Below are positions 13,953 through 27,753 of a stretch of DNA of 64,000 nucleotides, piece after piece; within the stretch, counting starts at the first letter, position 1; each line of letters begins with the position of its first letter. The position numbers were made by a program, and so were the translations under genes. The stretch lies in assembly GCA_009914755.4 (NCBI GenBank), contig CP086569.2, forward strand, positions 27,840,001-27,904,000, written 5' to 3'. The stretch is from the human T2T-CHM13v2.0 reference genome, Homo sapiens. Below the pieces are notes generated by a model. It was given only the letters and a program-made list of their open reading frames with translations, was not told where the DNA came from and ran no database searches.

Positions 13953-16714
13953 ATGGAATGGAATGGAAAGGAATTGAATGGAATAGATTGGATTGGAAGG
14001 GATTGGAATGCAATGGAATGGAAAGGACTCGAATTTCATGAAACGGAATGGAATGAATTGGAATGGAATGGACTCGAATGGAATGGAATGTCATGGAATG
14101 GCATCAAATGGAATGGCATCAAATGGAATGGAATCGAATGCAATGGAATGTTATGGAATGGAATGGAATGTATTGGAATGGAATGTCCTCTAATGGAATG
14201 GATTCGAGTGGAATGGAATCGAATATAATGGAGTCGAATGAAATGGAATTGAAAGGACTGGGATCAAATAGAATGGAATATACTGGAATGTAATGTAATG
14301 AAGTCGAATGTAATTGACTGGAATGGAATGTACATGAATGGAATGCAATCGAATGGAATAGAATCTAATGCAATAAAACCGACTCAAATGGAATAGAATG
14401 TAATGGAATGGAGTGCAGTGCAATGGAATGGAATGGAATGGAATGGAATGGAATGGAATGGAATGGGATGGAATGGGATGGAATGGGATGGAACGGATAA
14501 TAATGGTCTGGAGGAAATGGACTGGAAAGGAATGGAGTCAAATTGAAAGGGCTCGAAAGGAATGGGGTCAAATGTAATGGTCTGGAATGGAATGAACTCG
14601 AATGTAATGCAATCCAATAGAATGGAATCGAATGGAATGGAATATAAAGCAATGGAATCGAAGAGAATGAAACAAATGGAATGGAATTGTATGGAATTGA
14701 ATCGAATCGAATCGAATGTAATTGAACGGAAAAAATGCAACTGAATAGAATCGAAAACAATGGATTCGACTGGCATCTAATAGAATGAAATGGAATGCGT
14801 TGAGGTGGAGTGGATTGTAATGGAGTTGAATGGAATGGGGTGTAATTGAATTGAATGGGGTGGAGTGGAGTGAACTGGAGTGGAATGGAATGTAATGGGC
14901 AGGCATGGAATTGAAAGGCGTGGAGTGGAGTGGAATTGAGAGGAGTGGAATGGAGTAGGGTGGATTGTAGTGGAGAGTATTGGAAAAGAGTGGAGTGGAA
15001 CGGAATGGAATGGAGTGGAGTGGAATGGAATGGAATAGAGTGAAGTGGAGTGGAGTGGAATGGAGAGTAATGGAGTGGAGTGGACTTGATTGGAGTAGAT
15101 AGCAGTGCATTGGACTGTACGGGATAGAAGTGGCTTGGAGTGCCATGGAGTGGAGTGGAATGGAATGGAATGGAGTGGAATGGATTGGAATGGACTGGAA
15201 AGGAATGGAATGGAATGGATTTAAATGGCAGGGAATCAAATCGAATTGAATCATATTGGAACAAGTTGAATCGACTGGAGGAAAGAAATCGAATGAAATC
15301 GAATGGAATGAATGGAAGAGAGTGCAATGTTATAGAATGGAATGGAGACAGATGGAATGGAATGGAACAGAGAGCAATGGTATAGAATGCAATGGAATCA
15401 TATGAAATGGAATTGAGTGGAATGGAATAATATGAAATGGAATGGAATGGAATGGAATGCCCTTGCATTAAATGGACTGGAATGGAATGGACTCGAACAG
15501 AGTGGAATGGAAAGCATTGAAATAGAATGGAATGGACTCCTTTGGAATGGTCTAGTATGGATGCAATCGACTGGCAGGGAATCAAAAGGAATGTAATCGA
15601 ATAGATTGAACTGGAATACAATGGACTCGAATACATTGGAAACGGAATGCAATGGAATGGAATGGAATAGTATGGAATGGAATGGAATGGAATGGAGTGG
15701 AATAGAATAGAGTGGAATGGAATGGACTCGAAAGCAATGGACTGGAATGAAACGGTCTTGAATGGACTGGAATCAAACGGAATGGATTGGAATGCAATGC
15801 AATCAAATGGAATGGAATTAAATAGAATGAAAGAGAATCAAATGGAATTGAATCGAATGGAATCGAATGGATTGGAAGGGAATAGAATGGAATGGAATGG
15901 AATTGACTCAAATGGAATGGACTAGAATGGAATGGAGTCGAATGGAAGGCAAAGGAATGGAATCTATTGGAATGGACTGTAATGGAATGGAATGGAAGGG
16001 ATTGGAATGGACTCGAATGGAATGGACTGCAATAGAAAGGATTCGAATGGAATGAAAGAGAATTGAATGGAATAGAACAGAATGGAATCAAATCGAATGA
16101 AATGGAATGGAATAGAAAGGAATGGAATGAAATGGAATGGAAAGGATTCGAATGGAATGCAATCGAATGGAATGGAATCGAACGGAATGGAATAAAATGG
16201 AAGCAAACTGGCAAGAAATGGAATCGAAATGAATGGAGTGTCATGGAACGGACTCCAAAGGAATTGAATGTAATAGAATGGAGTGGAGTGGACTCGAATA
16301 TAATGGACTGGAATGGAATGGAATCACATGGAATGGGAACGAATGGAATGGAATGGAAAGGAATGGAATCGAATGGAAGGGAATGAAATTGAATCAACAG
16401 GAATGGAAGGGAATAGAATAGACTGTAATGGAATGGACTCGAATAGAAAGGACACGAATGCTCAAATTGAATGGACTCGAATGGAATGGAAACGAAAGGA
16501 ATGTCATCGAATGGAATTGAATCGATTGGAATGGAATCGCGTAGAATGGAGAGGAATCAAATGGAATTGAATCGAATGGAAAGGAACCGAATGGACTGAA
16601 ATGAAATGGAATGGAATTGAATGCAAAGTAATGCAATGCAATAGAATGGAACGAAATTTCACGGAATGGAATGAAACAGAATGGAATCAAATCAAAGGAA
16701 TATAATGAAATGGA
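13953..16714 (+). repeat. HOR unit 5 (2762 bp, B variant)
   Basis: Anchor at 13953, next at 16715. Confidence 0.7.
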
Positions 16715-19478
16715 ATGGAATGGAATGGAAAGGAATTGAATGGAATAGTTTCGATTAGAAGGGATTGGAATGCAATGGAATGGAAAGGACTCGAATTTCA
16801 TGAAACGGAATGGAATGAATTGGAATGGAATGGACTCGAATGGAATGGCATCAAATGGAATGGCATCAAATGGAATGGAATCGAATGCAATGGAATGTTA
16901 TGGAATGGAATGGAATGTATTGGAATGGAATGTCCTCTAATGGAATGGATTCGAGTGGAATGGAATCGAATACAATGGAGTCGAATGAAATGGAATTGAA
17001 AGGAATGGGATCGAATAGACTGGAATATACTGGAATGTAATGTAATGAAGTCGAATGTAATTGACTGGAATGGAATGTACATGAATGGAATGCAATCGAA
17101 TGAAATAGAATCTAATGCAATAAAACCGACTCAAATGGAATAGAATGTAATGGAATGGAGTGCAGTGCAATGGAATGGAATGGAATGGAATGGAATGGAA
17201 TGGAATGGAATGGAATGGTATGGAATGGAATGGGATGGAATGGGATGGAATGGTATGGAACGGATAATAATGGTCTGGAGTGAAATGGACTGGAAAGGAA
17301 TGGACTCAAATTGAAAGGGCTCGAAAGGAATGGGGTCAAATGTAATGGTCTGGAATGGAATGAACTCGAATGTAATGCAATCCAATAGAATGGAATCGAA
17401 TGGAATGGAATATAAAGAAATGGAATCGAAGAGAATGGAAACAAATGGAATGGAATTGTATGGAATTGAATCGAATCGAATCGAATGTAATTGAACGGAA
17501 AAAATGCAACTAAATAGAATCGAAAACAATGGATTCGACTGGCATCTAATAGAATGAAATGGAATGCGGTGAGGTGGAGTGGATTGTAATGGAGTTGAAT
17601 GGAATGGGTTGTAATTGAATTGAATGGAGTGGAGTGGAGTGAACTGGAGTGGAATGGAATGGAATGGGCAGGCATGGAATTGAAAGGCGTGGAGTGGATT
17701 GGAATTGAGAGGAGTGGAATGGAGTAGGGTGGATTGTAGTGGAGAGTATTGGAAAAGAGTGGAGTGGAACGGAATGGAATGGAGTGGAGTGGAATGGAAT
17801 GGAATTGAGTGAAGTGGAGTGGAGTGGAATGGAGAGTAATGGAGTGGAGTGGACTTGATTGGAGTAGATAGCAGTGCATTGGACTGTACGGGATAGAAGT
17901 GGCTTGGAGTGCCATGGAGTGGAGTGGAATGGAATGGAGTGGAGTGGAATGGATTGGAATGGACTGGAAAGGAATGGAATGGAATGGATTTAAATGGCAG
18001 GGAATCAAATCGAATTGAATCATATTGGAACAATTTGAATCGACTGGAGGAAAGAAATCGAATGAAATCGAATGGAATGAATGGAAGAGAGTGCAATGTT
18101 ATAGAATGGAATGGAGACAGATGGAATGGAATGGAACAGAGAGCAATGGTATAGAATGCAATGGAATCATATGAAATGGAATTGAGTGGAATGGAATAAT
18201 ATGAAATGGAATGGAATGGAATGCCCTTGCATTAAATGGACTGGAATGGAATGGACTCGAACAGAGTGGAATGGAAAGCATTGAAATAGAATGGAATGGA
18301 CTCCTTTGGAATGGTCTAGTATGGATGCAATCGACTGGCAGGGAATCAAAAGGAATGTAATCGAATAGATTGGACTGGAATACAATGGACTCGAATAGAT
18401 TGGAAACGGAATGCAATGGAATGGAATGGAATAGTATGGAATGGGATGGAATGAAATGGAGTGGAATAGACTAGAGTGGAATGGAATGGACTCGAAAGCA
18501 ATGGACTGGAATGGAACGGTCTTGAATGGACTGGAATCAAACGGAATGGAATGGAATGCAATGCAATCAAATGGAATGGAATAAAATAGAATGAAAGAGA
18601 ATGAAATGGAATTGAATCGAATGGAATCGAATGGATTGGAAAGGAATAGAATGGAATGGAATGGAATTGACTCAAATGGAATGGACTAGAATGGAATGGA
18701 GTCGAATGGAAGGCAAAGGAATGGAATCTATTGGAATGGACTGTAACGGAATGGAATGGAAGGGATTGGAATGGACTCGAATGGAATGAACTGCAATAGA
18801 AAGGATTCGAATGGAATGAAAAAGAATTGAATGGAATAGAAGAGAATGGAATCAAATCGAATGAAATGGAATGGAATAGAAAGGAATGGAATGAAATGGA
18901 ATGGAAAGGATTCGAATGGAATGCAATCGAATGGAATGGAATCGAACGGAATGGAATAAAATGGAGGCAAACTGGCAAGAAATGGAATCGAAATGAATGG
19001 AGTGTTATGGAACGGACTCCAAAGGAATTGAATGTAATAGAATGGAGTGGAGTGGACTCGAATATAATGGACTGGAATGGAATGGAATCACATGGAATGG
19101 GAACGAATGGAATGGAATGGAAAGGAATGGAATCGAATGGAAGGGAATGAAATTGAATCAACAGGAATGGAAGGGAATAGAATAGACTGTAATGGAATGG
19201 ACTCGAATAGAAAGGACACGAATGCTCAAATTGAATGGACTCGAATGGAATGGAAACGAAAGGAATGTCATCGAATGGAATTGAATCGATTGGAATGGAA
19301 TCGCATAGAATGGAGAGGAATGAAATGGAATTGAATCGAATGGAAAGGAACCGAATGGACTGAAATGAAATGGAATGGAATTGAATGGAAAGTAATGCAA
19401 TGCAATAGAATGGAACGAAATTTCACGGAATGGAATGAAACAGAATGGAATCAAATCAATGGAATATAATGAAATGGA
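16715..19478 (+). repeat. HOR unit 6 (2764 bp, C variant, lacks a 15-bp 'atgtcatggaatggc'-type segment)
   Basis: Anchor at 16715, next at 19479. Closely resembles unit 3 (offset 8290 bp, three units). Confidence 0.7.
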
Positions 19479-22231
19479 ATGGAATGGAATGGAAAGGAAT
19501 TGAATGGAATAGATTGGATTGGAAGGGATTGGAATGCAATGGAATGGAAAGGACTCGAATTTCATGAAACGGAATGGAATGAATTGGAATGGAATGGACT
19601 CGAATGGAATGGAATGTCATGGAATGGCATCAAATGGAATGGCATCAAATGGAATGGAATCGAATGCAATGGAATGTTATGGAATGGAATGGAATGTATT
19701 GGAATGGAATGTCCTCTAATGGAATGGATTCGAGTGGAATGGAATCGAATATAATGGAGTCGAATGAAATGGAATTGAAAGGACTGGGATCAAATAGAAT
19801 GGAATATACTGGAATGTAATGTAATGAAGTCGAATGTAATTGACTGGAATGGAATGTACATGAATGGAATGCAATCGAATGGAATAGAATCTAATGCAAT
19901 AAAACCGACTCAAATGGAATAGAATGTAATGGAATGGAGTGCAGTGCAATGGAATGGAATGGAATGGAATGGAATGGAATGGGATGGGATGGAATGGGAT
20001 GGAATGGTATGGAACGGATAATAATGGTCTGGAGGAAATGGACTGGAAAGGAATGGACTCAAATTGAAAGGGCTCGAAAGGAATGGGGTCAAATGTAATG
20101 GTCTGGAATGGAATGAACTCGAATGTAATGCAATCCAATAGAATGGAATCGAATGGAATGGAATATAAAGAAATGGAATCGAAGAGAATGGAAACAAATG
20201 GAATGGAATTGTATGGAATTGAATCGAATCGAATCGAATGTAATTGAACGGAAAAAATGCAACTGAATAGAATCGAAAACAATGGATTCGACTGGCATCT
20301 AATAGAATGAAATGGAATGCGGTGAGATGGAGTGGATTGTAATGGAGTTGAATGGAATGGGGTGTAATTGAATTGAATGGAGTGGAGTGGAGTGAACTGG
20401 AGTGGAATGGAATGGAATGGGCAGGCATGGAATTGAAAGGCGTGGAGTGGAGTGGAATTGAGAGGAGTGGAATGCAGTAGGGTGGATTGTAGTGGAGAGT
20501 ATTCGAAAAGAGTGGAGTGGAACGGAATGGAATGGAGTGGAGTGGAATGGAATGGAATTGAGTGAAGTGGAGTGGAGTGGAATGGAGAGTAATGGAGTGG
20601 AGTGGACTTGATTGGAGTAGATAGCAGTGCATTGGACTGTACGGGATAGAAGGGGCTTGGAGTGCCATGGAGTGGAGTGGAATGGAATGGAGTGGAGTGG
20701 AATGGATTGGAATGGACTGGAAAGGAATGGAATGGAATGGATTTAAATGGCAGGGAATCAAATCGAATTGAATCATATTGGAACAATTTGAATCGACTGG
20801 AGGAAAGAAATCGAATGAAATCGAATGGAATGAATGGAAGAGAGTGCAATGTTATAGAATGGAATGGAGACAGATGGAATGGAATGGAACAGAGAGCAAT
20901 GGTATAGAATGCAATGGAATCATATGAAATGGAATTGAGTGGAATGGAATAATATGAAATGGAATGGAATGGAATGCCCTTGCATTAAATGGACTGGAAT
21001 GGAATGGACTCGAACAGAGTGGAACGGAAAGCATTGAAATAGAATGGAATGGACTCCTTTGGAATGGTCTAGTATGGATGCAATCGACTGGCAGGGAATC
21101 AAAAGGAATGTAATCGAATAGATTGGACTGGAATACAATGGACTCGAATAGATTGGAAACGGAATGCAATGGAATGGAATGGAATAGTATGGAATGGGAT
21201 GGAATGAAATGGAGTGGAATAGACTAGAGTGGAATGGAATGGACTCGAAAGCAATGGACTGGAATGGAACGGTCTTGAATGGACTGGAATCAAACGGAAT
21301 GGAATGGAATGCAATGCAATCAAATGGAATGGAATAAAATAGAATGAAAGAGAATCAAATGGAATTGAATCGAATGGAATCGAATGGATTGGAAAGGAAT
21401 AGAATGGAATGGAATGGAATTGACTCAAATGGAATGGACTAGAATGGAATGGAGTCGAATGGAAGGCAAAGGAATGGAATCTATTGGAATGGACTGTAAT
21501 GGAATGGAATGGAAGGGATTGGAATGGACTCGAATGGAATGAACTGCAATAGAAAGGATTCGAATGGAATGAAAAAGAATTGAATGGAATAGAAGAGAAT
21601 GGAATCAAATCGAATGAAATGGAATGGAATAGAAAGGAATGGAATGAAATGGAATGGAAAGGATTCGAATGGAATGCAATCGAATGGAATGGAATCGAAC
21701 GGAATGGAATAAAATGGAAGCAAACTGGCAAGAAATGGAATCGAAATGAATGGAGTGTTATGGAACGGACTCCAAAGGAATTGAATGTAATAGAATGGAG
21801 TGGAGTGGACTCGAATATAATGGACTGGAATGGAATGGAATCACATGGAATGGGAACGAATGGAATGGAATGGAAAGGAATGGAATCGAATGGAAGGGAA
21901 TGAAATTGAATCAACAGGAATGGAAGGGAATAGAATAGACTGTAATGGAATGGACTCGAATAGAAAGGACACGAATGCTCAAATTGAATGGACTCGAATG
22001 GAATGGAAACGAATGGAATGTCATCGAATGGAATTGAATCGATTGGAATGGAATCGCATAGAATGGAGAGGAATGAAATGGAATTGAATCGAATGGAAAG
22101 GAACCGAATGGACTGAAATGAAATGGAATGGAATTGAATGGAAAGTAATGCAATGCAATAGAATGGAACGAAATTTCACGGAATGGAATGAAACAGAATG
22201 GAATGAAATCAATGGAATATAATGAAATGGA
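19479..22231 (+). repeat. HOR unit 7 (2753 bp, B variant, core)
   Basis: Anchor at 19479. The private variant 'gggatgggatggaatgggatgg...ggaggaaatgg' is shared with unit 12. Confidence 0.7.
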
Positions 22232-24995
22232 ATGGAATGGAATGGAAAGGAATTGAATGGAATAGATTGGATTGGAAGGGATTGGAATGCAATGGAATGG
22301 AAAGGAATCGAATTTCATGAAACGGAATGGAATGAATTGGAAAGGAATGGACTCGAATGGAATGGAATGTCATGGAATGGCATCAAATGGAATGGCATCA
22401 AATGGAATGGAATCGATTGCAATGGAATGTTATGGAATGGAATGGAATGTATTGGAATGGAATGTCCTCTAATGGAATGGATTCGAGTGGAATGGAATCG
22501 AATATAATGGAGTCGAATGAAATGGAATTGAAAGGAATGGGATCAAATAGAATGGAATATACTGGAATGTAATGTAATGAAGTCGAATGTAATTGACTGG
22601 AATGGAATGTACATGAATGGAATGCCATCGAATGGAATAGAATCTAATGCAATAAAACCGACTCAAATGGAATAGAATGTAATGGAATGGAGTGCAGTGC
22701 AATGGAATGGAATGCAATGGAATGGAATGGAATGGAATGGAATGGGATGGAATGGGATGGAATGGTATGGAACGGATAATAATGGTCTGGAGTGAAATGG
22801 ACTGGAAAGGAATGGACTCAAATTGAAAGGGCTCGAAAGGAATGGGGTCAAATGTAATGGTCTGGAATGGAATGAACTCGAATGTAATGCAATCCAATAG
22901 AATGGAATCGAATGGAATGGAATATAAATAAATGTAATCGAAGAGAATGGAAACAAATGGAATGGAATTGTATGGAATTGAATCGAATCGAATCGAATGT
23001 AATTGAACGGAAAAAATGCAACTGAATAGAATCGAAAACAATGGATTCGACTGGCATCTAATAGAATGAAATGGAATGCGGTGAGGTGGAGTGGATTGTA
23101 ATGGAGTTGAATGGAATGGGGTGTAATTGAATTGAATGGAGTGGAGTGGAGTGAACTGGAGTGGAATGGAATGGAATGGGCAGGCATGGAATTGAAAGGC
23201 GTGGAGTGGAGTGGAATTGAGAGGAGTGGAATGCAGTAGGGTGGATTGTAGTGGAGAGTATTCGAAAAGAGTGGAGTGGAACGGAATGGAATGGAGTGGA
23301 GTGGAATGGAATGGAATTGAGTGAAGTGGAGTGGAGTGGAATGGAGAGTAATGGAGTGGAGTGGACTTGATTGGAGTAGATAGCAGTGCATTGGACTGTA
23401 CGGGATAGAAGGGGCTTGGAGTTCCATGGAGTGGAGTGGAATGGAATGGAATGGAGTGGAATGGATTGGAATGGACTGGAAAGGAATGGAATGGAATGGA
23501 TTTAAATGGCAGGGAATCAAATCGAATTGAATCATATTGGAACAATTTGAATCGACTGGAGGAAAGAAATCGAATGAAATCGAATGGAATGAATGGAAGA
23601 GAGTGCAATGTTATAGAATGGAATGGAGACAGATGGAATGGAATGGAACAGAGAGCAATGGTATAGAATGCAATGGAATCATATGCAATGGAATTGAGTG
23701 GAATGGAATAATATGAAATGGAATGGAATGGAATGGAATGCCCTTGCATTAAATGGACTGGAATGGAATGGACTCGAACAGAGTGGAATGGAAAGCATTG
23801 AAATAGAATGGAATGGACTCCTTTGGAATGGTCTAGTATGGATGCAATCGACTGGCAGGGAATCAAAAGGAATGTAATCGAATAGATTGGACTGGAATAC
23901 AATGGACTCGAATAGATTGGAAACGGAATGCAATGGAATGGAATGGAATAGTATGGAATGGGATGGAATGAAATGGAGTGGAATAGACTAGAGTGGAATG
24001 GAATGGACTCGAAAGCAATGGACTGGAATGGAACGGTCTTGAATGGACTGGAATCAAACGGAATGGAATGGAATGCAATGCAATCAAATGGAATGGAATA
24101 AAATAGAATGAAAGAGAATGAAATGGAATTGAATCGAATGGAATCGAATGGATTGGAAAGGAATAGAATGGAATGGAATGGAATTGACTCAAATGGAATG
24201 GACTAGAATGGAATGGAGTCGAATGGAAGGCAAAGGAATGGAATCTATTGGAATGGACTGTAACGGAATGGAATGGAAGGGATTGGAATGGACTCGAATG
24301 GAATGAACTGCAATAGAAAGGATTCGAATGGAATGAAAAAGAATTGAATGGAATAGAAGAGAATGGAATCAAATCGAATGAAATGGAATGGAATAGAAAG
24401 GAATGGAATGAAATGGAATGGAAAGGATTCGAATGGAATGCAATCGAATGGAATGGAATCGAACGGAATGGAATAAAATGGAGGCAAACTGGCAAGAAAT
24501 GGAATCGAAATGAATGGAGTGTTATGGAACGGACTCCAAAGGAATTGAATGTAATAGAATGGAGTGGAGTGGACTCGAATATAATGGACTGGAATGGAAT
24601 GGAATCACATGGAATGGGAACGAATGGAATGGAATGGAAAGGAATGGAATCGAATGGAAGGGAATGAAATTGAATCAACAGGAATGGAAAGGAATAGAAT
24701 AGACTGTAATGGAATGGACTCGAATAGAAAGGACACGAATGCTCAAATTGAATGGACTCGAATGGAATGGAAACGAATGGAATGTCATCGAATGGAATTG
24801 AATCGATTGGAATGGAATCGCATAGAATGGAGAGGAATGAAATGGAATTGAATCGAATGGAAAGGAACCGAATGGACTGAAATGAAATGGAATGGAATTG
24901 AATGGAAAGTAATGCAATGCAATAGAATGGAACGAAATTTCACGGAATGGAATGAAACAGAATGGAATCAAATCAATGGAATATAATGAAATGGA
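22232..24995 (+). repeat. HOR unit 8 (2764 bp, A variant, core)
   Basis: Anchor at 22232. The private variant 'aatataaataaatgtaatcg' is shared with unit 13. Confidence 0.7.
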
Positions 24996-27753
24996 ATGGA
25001 ATGGAATGGAAAGGAATTGAATGGAATAGATTGGATTGGAAGGGATTGGAATGCAATGGAATGGAAAGGACTCGAATTTCATGAAACGGAATGGAATGAA
25101 TTGGAATGGAATGGACTCGAATGGAATGGAATGTCATGGAATGGCATCAAATGGAATGGCATCAAATGGAATGGAATCGAATGCAATGGAATGTTATGGA
25201 ATGGAATGGAATGTATTGGAATGGAATGTCCTCTAATGGAATGGATTCGAGTGGAATGGAATCGAATATAATGGAGTCGAATGAAATGGAATTGAAAGGA
25301 CTGGGATCAAATAGAATGGAATATACTGGAATGTAATGTAATGAAGTCGAATGTAATTGACTGGAATGGAATGTACATGAATGGAATGCAATCGAATGGA
25401 ATAGAATCTAATGCAATAAAACCGACTCAAATGGAATAGAATGTAATGGAATGGAGTGCAGTGCAATGGAATGGAATGGAATGGAATGGAATGGAATGGA
25501 ATGGGATGGAATGGGATGGAATGGTATGGAACGGATAATAATGGTCTGGAGGAAATGGACTGGAAAGGAATGGACTCAAATTGAAAGGGCTCGAAAGGAA
25601 TGGGGTCAAATGTAATGGTCTGGAATGGAATGAACTCGAATGTAATGCAATCCAATAGAATGGAATCGAATGGAATGGAATATAAAGAAATGGAATCGAA
25701 GAGAATGGAAACAAATGGAATGGAATTGTATGGAATTGAATCGAATCGAATCGAATGTAATTGAACGGAAAAAATGCAACTGAATAGAATCGAAAACAAT
25801 GGATTCGACTGGCATCTGATAGAATGAAATGGAATGCGGTGAGGTGGAGTGGATTGTAATGGAGTTGAATGGAATGGGGTGTAATTGAATTGAATGGAGT
25901 GGAGTGGAGTGAACTGGAGTGGAATGGAATGGAATGGGCAGGCATGGAATTGAAAGGCGTGGAGTGGAGTGGAATTGAGAGGAGTGGAATGCAGTAGGGT
26001 GGATTGTAGTGGAGAGTATTCGAAAAGAGTGGAGTGGAACGGAATGGAATGGAGTGGAGTGGAATGGAATGGAATTGAGTGAAGTGGAGTGGAGTGGAAT
26101 GGAGAGTAATGGAGTGGAGTGGACTTGATTGGAGTAGATAGCAGTGCATTGGACTGTACGGGATAGAAGGGGCTTGGAGTTCCATGGAGTGGAGTGGAAT
26201 GGAATGGAATGGAGTGGAATGGATTGGAATGGACTGGAAAGGAATGGAATGGAATGGATTTAAATGGCAGGGAATCAAATCGAATTGAATCATATTGGAA
26301 CAATTTGAATCGACTGGAGGAAAGAAATCGAATGAAATCGAATGGAATGAATGGAAGAGAGTGCAATGTTATAGAATGGAATGGAGACAGATGGAATGGA
26401 ATGGAACAGAGAGCAATGGTATAGAATGCAATGGAATCATATGAAATGGAATTGAGTGGAATGGAATAATATGAAATGGAATGGAATGGAATGGAATGCC
26501 CTTGCATTAAATGGACTGGAATGGAATGGACTCGAACAGAGTGGAATGGAAAGCATTGAAATAGAATGGAATGGACTCCTTTGGAATGGTCTAGTATGGA
26601 TGCAATCGACTGGCAGGGAATCAAAAGGAATGTAATCGAATAGATTGGACTGGAATACAATGGACTCGAATAGATTGGAAACGGAATGCAATGGAATGGA
26701 ATGGAATAGTATGGAATGGGATGGAATGAAATGGAGTGGAATAGACTAGAGTGGAATGGAATGGACTCGAAAGCAATGGACTGGAATGGAACGGTCTTGA
26801 ATGGACTGGAATCAAACGGAATGGAATGGAATGCAATGCAATCAAATGGAATGGAATAAAATAGAATGAAAGAGAATGAAATGGAATTGAATCGAATGGA
26901 ATCGAATGGATTGGAAAGGAATAGAATGGAATGGAATGGAATTGACTCAAATGGAATGGACTAGAATGGAATGGAGTCGAATGGAAGGCAAAGGAATGGA
27001 ATCTATTGGAATGGACTGTAACGGAATGGAATGGAAGGGATTGGAATGGACTCGAATGGAATGAACTGCAATAGAAAGGATTCGAATGGAATGAAAAAGA
27101 ATTGAATGGAATAGAAGAGAATGGAATCAAATCGAATGAAATGGAATGGAATAGAAAGGAATGGAATGAAATGGAATGGAAAGGATTCGAATGGAATGCA
27201 ATCGAATGGAATGGAATCGAACGGAATGGAATAAAATGGAGGCAAACTGGCAAGAAATGGAATCGAAATGAATGGAGTGTTATGGAACGGACTCCAAAGG
27301 AATTGAATGTAATAGAATGGAGTGGAGTGGACTCGAATATAATGGACTGGAATGGAATGGAATCACATGGAATGGGAACGAATGGAATGGAATGGAAAGG
27401 AATGGAATCGAATGGAAGGGAATGAAATTGAATCAACAGGAATGGAAGGGAATAGAATAGACTGTAATGGAATGGACTCGAATAGAAAGGACACGAATGC
27501 TCAAATTGAATGGACTCGAATGGAATGGAAACGAATGGAATGTCATCGAATGGAATTGAATCGATTGGAATGGAATCGCATAGAATGGAGAGGAATGAAA
27601 TGGAATTGAATCGAATGGAAAGGAACCGAATGGACTGAAATGAAATGGAATGTAATTGAATGGAAAGTAATGCAATGCAATAGAATGGAACGAAATTTCA
27701 CGGAATGGAATGAAACAGAATGGAATCAAATCAATGGAATATAATGAAATGGA
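24996..27753 (+). repeat. HOR unit 9 (2758 bp, B variant, core)
   Basis: Anchor at 24996. The private variant 'ggcatctgatag' is shared with unit 14. Confidence 0.7.
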